Below, in pieces: positions 32,792 to 64,000 of a DNA stretch of 64,000 nucleotides. Positions within the stretch are counted from its first letter, which is position 1. Each line of letters starts with the position of its first letter. The stretch lies in the NCBI GenBank assembly GCA_965213685.1, contig CBDBZY010000007.1, positions 353,849 through 417,848 of the forward strand, in the 5' to 3' direction. A program made the translations under genes and the position numbers. The DNA is from a bacterium. GTDB taxonomy: Bacteria; UBA8248. The notes under the pieces are model-generated. The model was not told the origin of the DNA and made no database searches. It saw only the letters and a program-made list of their open reading frames with translations.

Positions 32792-33505
32792 CTATGTACA
32801 CTGCGGTTGTGAGGGGGAGGAGGATTCGGCCTCTCTCTTTCTCCTTCTCCTTCTTTTCGCCTCCTCGGGGCTGAGAGGCTCTCCCGTGTCGCAGTCCACC
32901 TGTACGCCGTCATTTCTCAACCACAGCGGTTCATCACAGTTGCACGCCGTGTGAACGCATATGGCGTCGGGACTTGCTTTGCACGTCGCGTCTTTGCACG
33001 GATCCACTGCGCACCGCTCGGTGCACGTAAGTCGAGTGATATTCACCGGCTGGCCATTCCTACAGTCTGCAATCGTCCCGTCGTCGTGCAGAAACACAGG
33101 TAGTCTCTCCCCGCACTTGACTATGGTCGAGCACTGCGCATCACTCACGCCCTCACACACCAGGCCCTTGCACGGGTCCTCAAGATCAAACTCCACGCCG
33201 GTATCACCGGAGGACGGCTCCGGTATCTTCTCGGTGCAGTTCTCCCCGGTGTAGCCCTCGCAGCAGTGGTTCACGATGCGGTGGAACGATCCGTTCTCGT
33301 ACGTCTCAATCACTGGTGTAATACATGATCCACTTTTGCTCTTGCCGTCTGAGACATCCGTCGGAATGCCAGTGGGGAAGGGATTCACGTCGGCTCTTGC
33401 TCTGCGGCTGCTAAATGGTCTGGCTAGACATTCATGGGTCAGGAAGGCGCACAGCACCAAAGTGGCGCAGAAAACCAAGAGGTTCGAGTGTCTGCAAATT
33501 GCCAT
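32792..33505 (-). CDS. Uncharacterised secreted cysteine-rich proprotein (single exon)
   Basis: First ATG at 33505. Signal peptide LLVFCATLVLCAFLTHECLA; RRAR and RRRRRKR basic sites; EMI-like CCEGYTGENC; two DPC-x4-C...DAxC...DGxxxDC repeats. Confidence 0.85.
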   Translation of the reverse strand: MAICRHSNLLVFCATLVLCAFLTHECLARPFSSRRARADVNPFPTGIPTDVSDGKSKSGSCITPVIETYENGSFHRIVNHCCEGYTGENCTEKIPEPSSGDTGVEFDLEDPCKGLVCEGVSDAQCSTIVKCGERLPVFLHDDGTIADCRNGQPVNITRLTCTERCAVDPCKDATCKASPDAICVHTACNCDEPLWLRNDGVQVDCDTGEPLSPEEAKRRRRRKREAESSSPSQPQCT

Positions 33506-33569
33506 TTCCAAATTGTGATACGATTATCGCTTTGCGAATGAGCTTCTGAGGGCGACAGAGCTCGAGGTC

Positions 33570-33576
33570 TTTTATA
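33570..33576 (-). promoter_or_regulatory. TATA box of the secreted-protein gene
   Basis: TATAAAA on the minus strand ~65 nt upstream of the ATG; AP-1 site TGAGTCA at 33674-33680. Confidence 0.55.
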
Positions 33577-33721
33577 CAACCGTTTGCGTAGGTGGACCTC
33601 AACAACAGCATCGAATGTAGTTGTGTGGCAATAATTAAATTAATTCGAGCTCACCCACGTGACTCCAAATAGCTGAGTCAGCAGTACAGTAAATCGCGGC
33701 TGCATGCTATCTGGCTGAATC

Positions 33722-33850
33722 GTGCCAGGCTCGCGGTCTAGCGCTCGTTATGAGAACATAAACGAAGAAGATATTGTCACCAGCAGTTCCCAATCTGGTC
33801 GCTTCAGGCGCAAGGCTTGCTATGGCTCTTCGCCGTAATAACACTCGAGC
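33722..33850 (+). pseudogene. Relic third copy of GH31 exon 1
   Basis: GTG-PGSRSSARYENINEEDIVTSSSQSGRFRRKA aligns to copy 2 MPRLRTGPRYENVDEDVVVGSSQSSRFRRKA. The start codon is lost, the TM segment is largely deleted, and there is a stop at 33836-33838. Confidence 0.75.
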
Positions 33851-34011
33851 CAAACAAGTTCACTAGCTCTTCCAGCAGTCCGCTGTGTTACTATAGCTGC
33901 CGTTTCAGTGATGTACGATTAGATTCATGGTCGGTTGATATTCACATTACGCAATGTTGCGTTTCTGCAGCGCTCACCAAGATTCGCCCTCTGAGACCAG
34001 ACGCACTCGCC

Positions 34012-49197
<15,186 letters not shown>

Positions 49198-49224
49198 AGA
49201 CACTCTACTATATGCATGGACTCG

Positions 49225-49274
<50 letters not shown>

Positions 49275-49723
49275 CTGTGTGTCTGTGTGTCTGTACGTGT
49301 GTCTGTGTGTCTGTGTCTGAGAGAGTATTCCATTATCACTCATGGACCTCCTGTGTCTCTGTCTTATTTTTTTATAAATATTACCTCTTTAGCTTTGAAA
49401 TAATTATTATGGTGTGTTATTTGTTTGAGTATACTTAGTTTTTTACTTATAGTGCTGGCTTGTAATTTTTTTAATTTCTTGTATTGCTTCAAGGATTATT
49501 GTCATGCCTTGTATATGCCTTAGATGTAATGAATTAATGCCTGGTGTTACTATGACAACCTTGCATGAAGATGAAGGTCAATCAGCAGTACCAGCGTATT
49601 TAATTGGATTCATAGTCAGTGGTCTCACGTGGCTATTTTGCTCGTATACGCAGTTCTTTTTTTGCCACACTCGCCAAGATTTAGAGTCTATAAGACTGCC
49701 CTCTAAGACCAGACGCACTCGCC

Positions 49724-57265
<7,542 letters not shown>

Positions 57266-57852
57266 AGACACACTGCATACCAAGGCCCTCTGGCTTTGTA
57301 ATATGTCGTTGTATTGCATGTACAATATGTTCTAACAATATACATGACCCAGACATAGCTGTTTGTTAATTTTGTTTGTGTGTACATTTTAACATACAGT
57401 CATGTAGTTTATCCGTTTGTTTTGTTTGTATGTGACATTTTGTCATGATGTCATGATGATGTAATTGCTCAAGCAGCATAAAATGTAACTTGTATGTAGC
57501 TACATGCATAGAAAGACAAGCCGAGGGCACACCCTTTGTTATTTGGCATAATATTAATATATTTACATAGCTCTAACCTTTCCCTTCCTGTCATAATAGT
57601 TTGATCCAGAAACTGATATGAAACAAGCACAATGACAGCAGGACATCAGAATACAAGCAGCTAGTTTGGCACATGTAGAAATGCACATTCTATTTACATG
57701 ATGTTACCATGGATACACACTTTCATTCACAACAGATGTGTGAACACTATGAGGATGGAGGCAAGGTTGCCATGGCAGCAAGGTTGCCATGGCAGCACAG
57801 GGTGCTTGAAAGTATAAATAGACATCTGAACACAAGTTTTTGCAAGTCTGCA

Positions 57853-63613
<5,761 letters not shown>

Positions 63614-64000
63614 CGCGCTTGTTCTGTCCGTCAGTTTCTCCCCGTTCCCTTCGTGGTTACCTACAGGTCATTTCTTGGCCCTGCCCCTCCGGTCGGGCGT
63701 TGTTTGAACCGAGATCATCATCACGTGGTTAAGTCCGGTATGACTAGAATGTACCAATGATGTCACTTATAGTCACGTGCACGAAGGACGGTGAACCGAG
63801 GATCGGACTCCTGCCTGTATTGCTGACAGGGTTGTATGTGCTAAGCTTGTGTGGAGCCGTACTCTTAGAACAGTAGAGTGATCAACGGCGCCGGCGTCTG
63901 CAGGTAGTTCTCGTGTGTCAAACACCATAGTCTTGCTTATACCTCCACCCTTCTCCCGCACCATAGGTAAGCAGATGACGTAATGAAACATACGTAGTTG

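Noticed and set aside
63700-64000. Start of a divergent gene next to NDE1
   Set aside because: CpG-rich with a GTAAGC donor near 63967, but I found no supportable coding frame within the window.

Overview
Eukaryotic, intron-rich but very gene-dense animal DNA. A demosponge-like origin is my inference from gene compactness, CpG-rich promoters against CpG-poor gene bodies, and protein divergence. About 15 protein-coding genes can be rebuilt by splicing: RBBP6 (3'-truncated by the window edge), DPH7, an Amun-like HhH glycosylase-fold protein, a Nop6-like RRM protein, a myristoylated single beta-trefoil protein, AP5Z1, a sterol desaturase/C4-methyl oxidase-family enzyme, an intronless THOC1, RPS9, BUD31, a divergent PALB2, an unknown secreted Cys-rich proprotein, two tandem GH31 alpha-glucosidases (plus a relic third exon 1), and NDE1/NDEL1. 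The first ten genes form five consecutive head-to-head pairs with 46-243 bp between start codons. The most interesting signals are: (1) the GH31 pair, nearly identical over many exons and intron stretches but divergent around the active site, where copy 1 has W->L, D->V and R->L changes at three near-invariant residues while keeping both catalytic aspartates; (2) the furin-flanked secreted Cys-rich protein; (3) the myristoylated beta-trefoil protein; (4) a PALB2 with coiled-coil, FxLP and WD40 modules intact. Most ORFs in the supplied track are microsatellite artefacts. No rRNA, tRNA or CRISPR array was found. All assignments come from motif recognition by eye; no database search was run.
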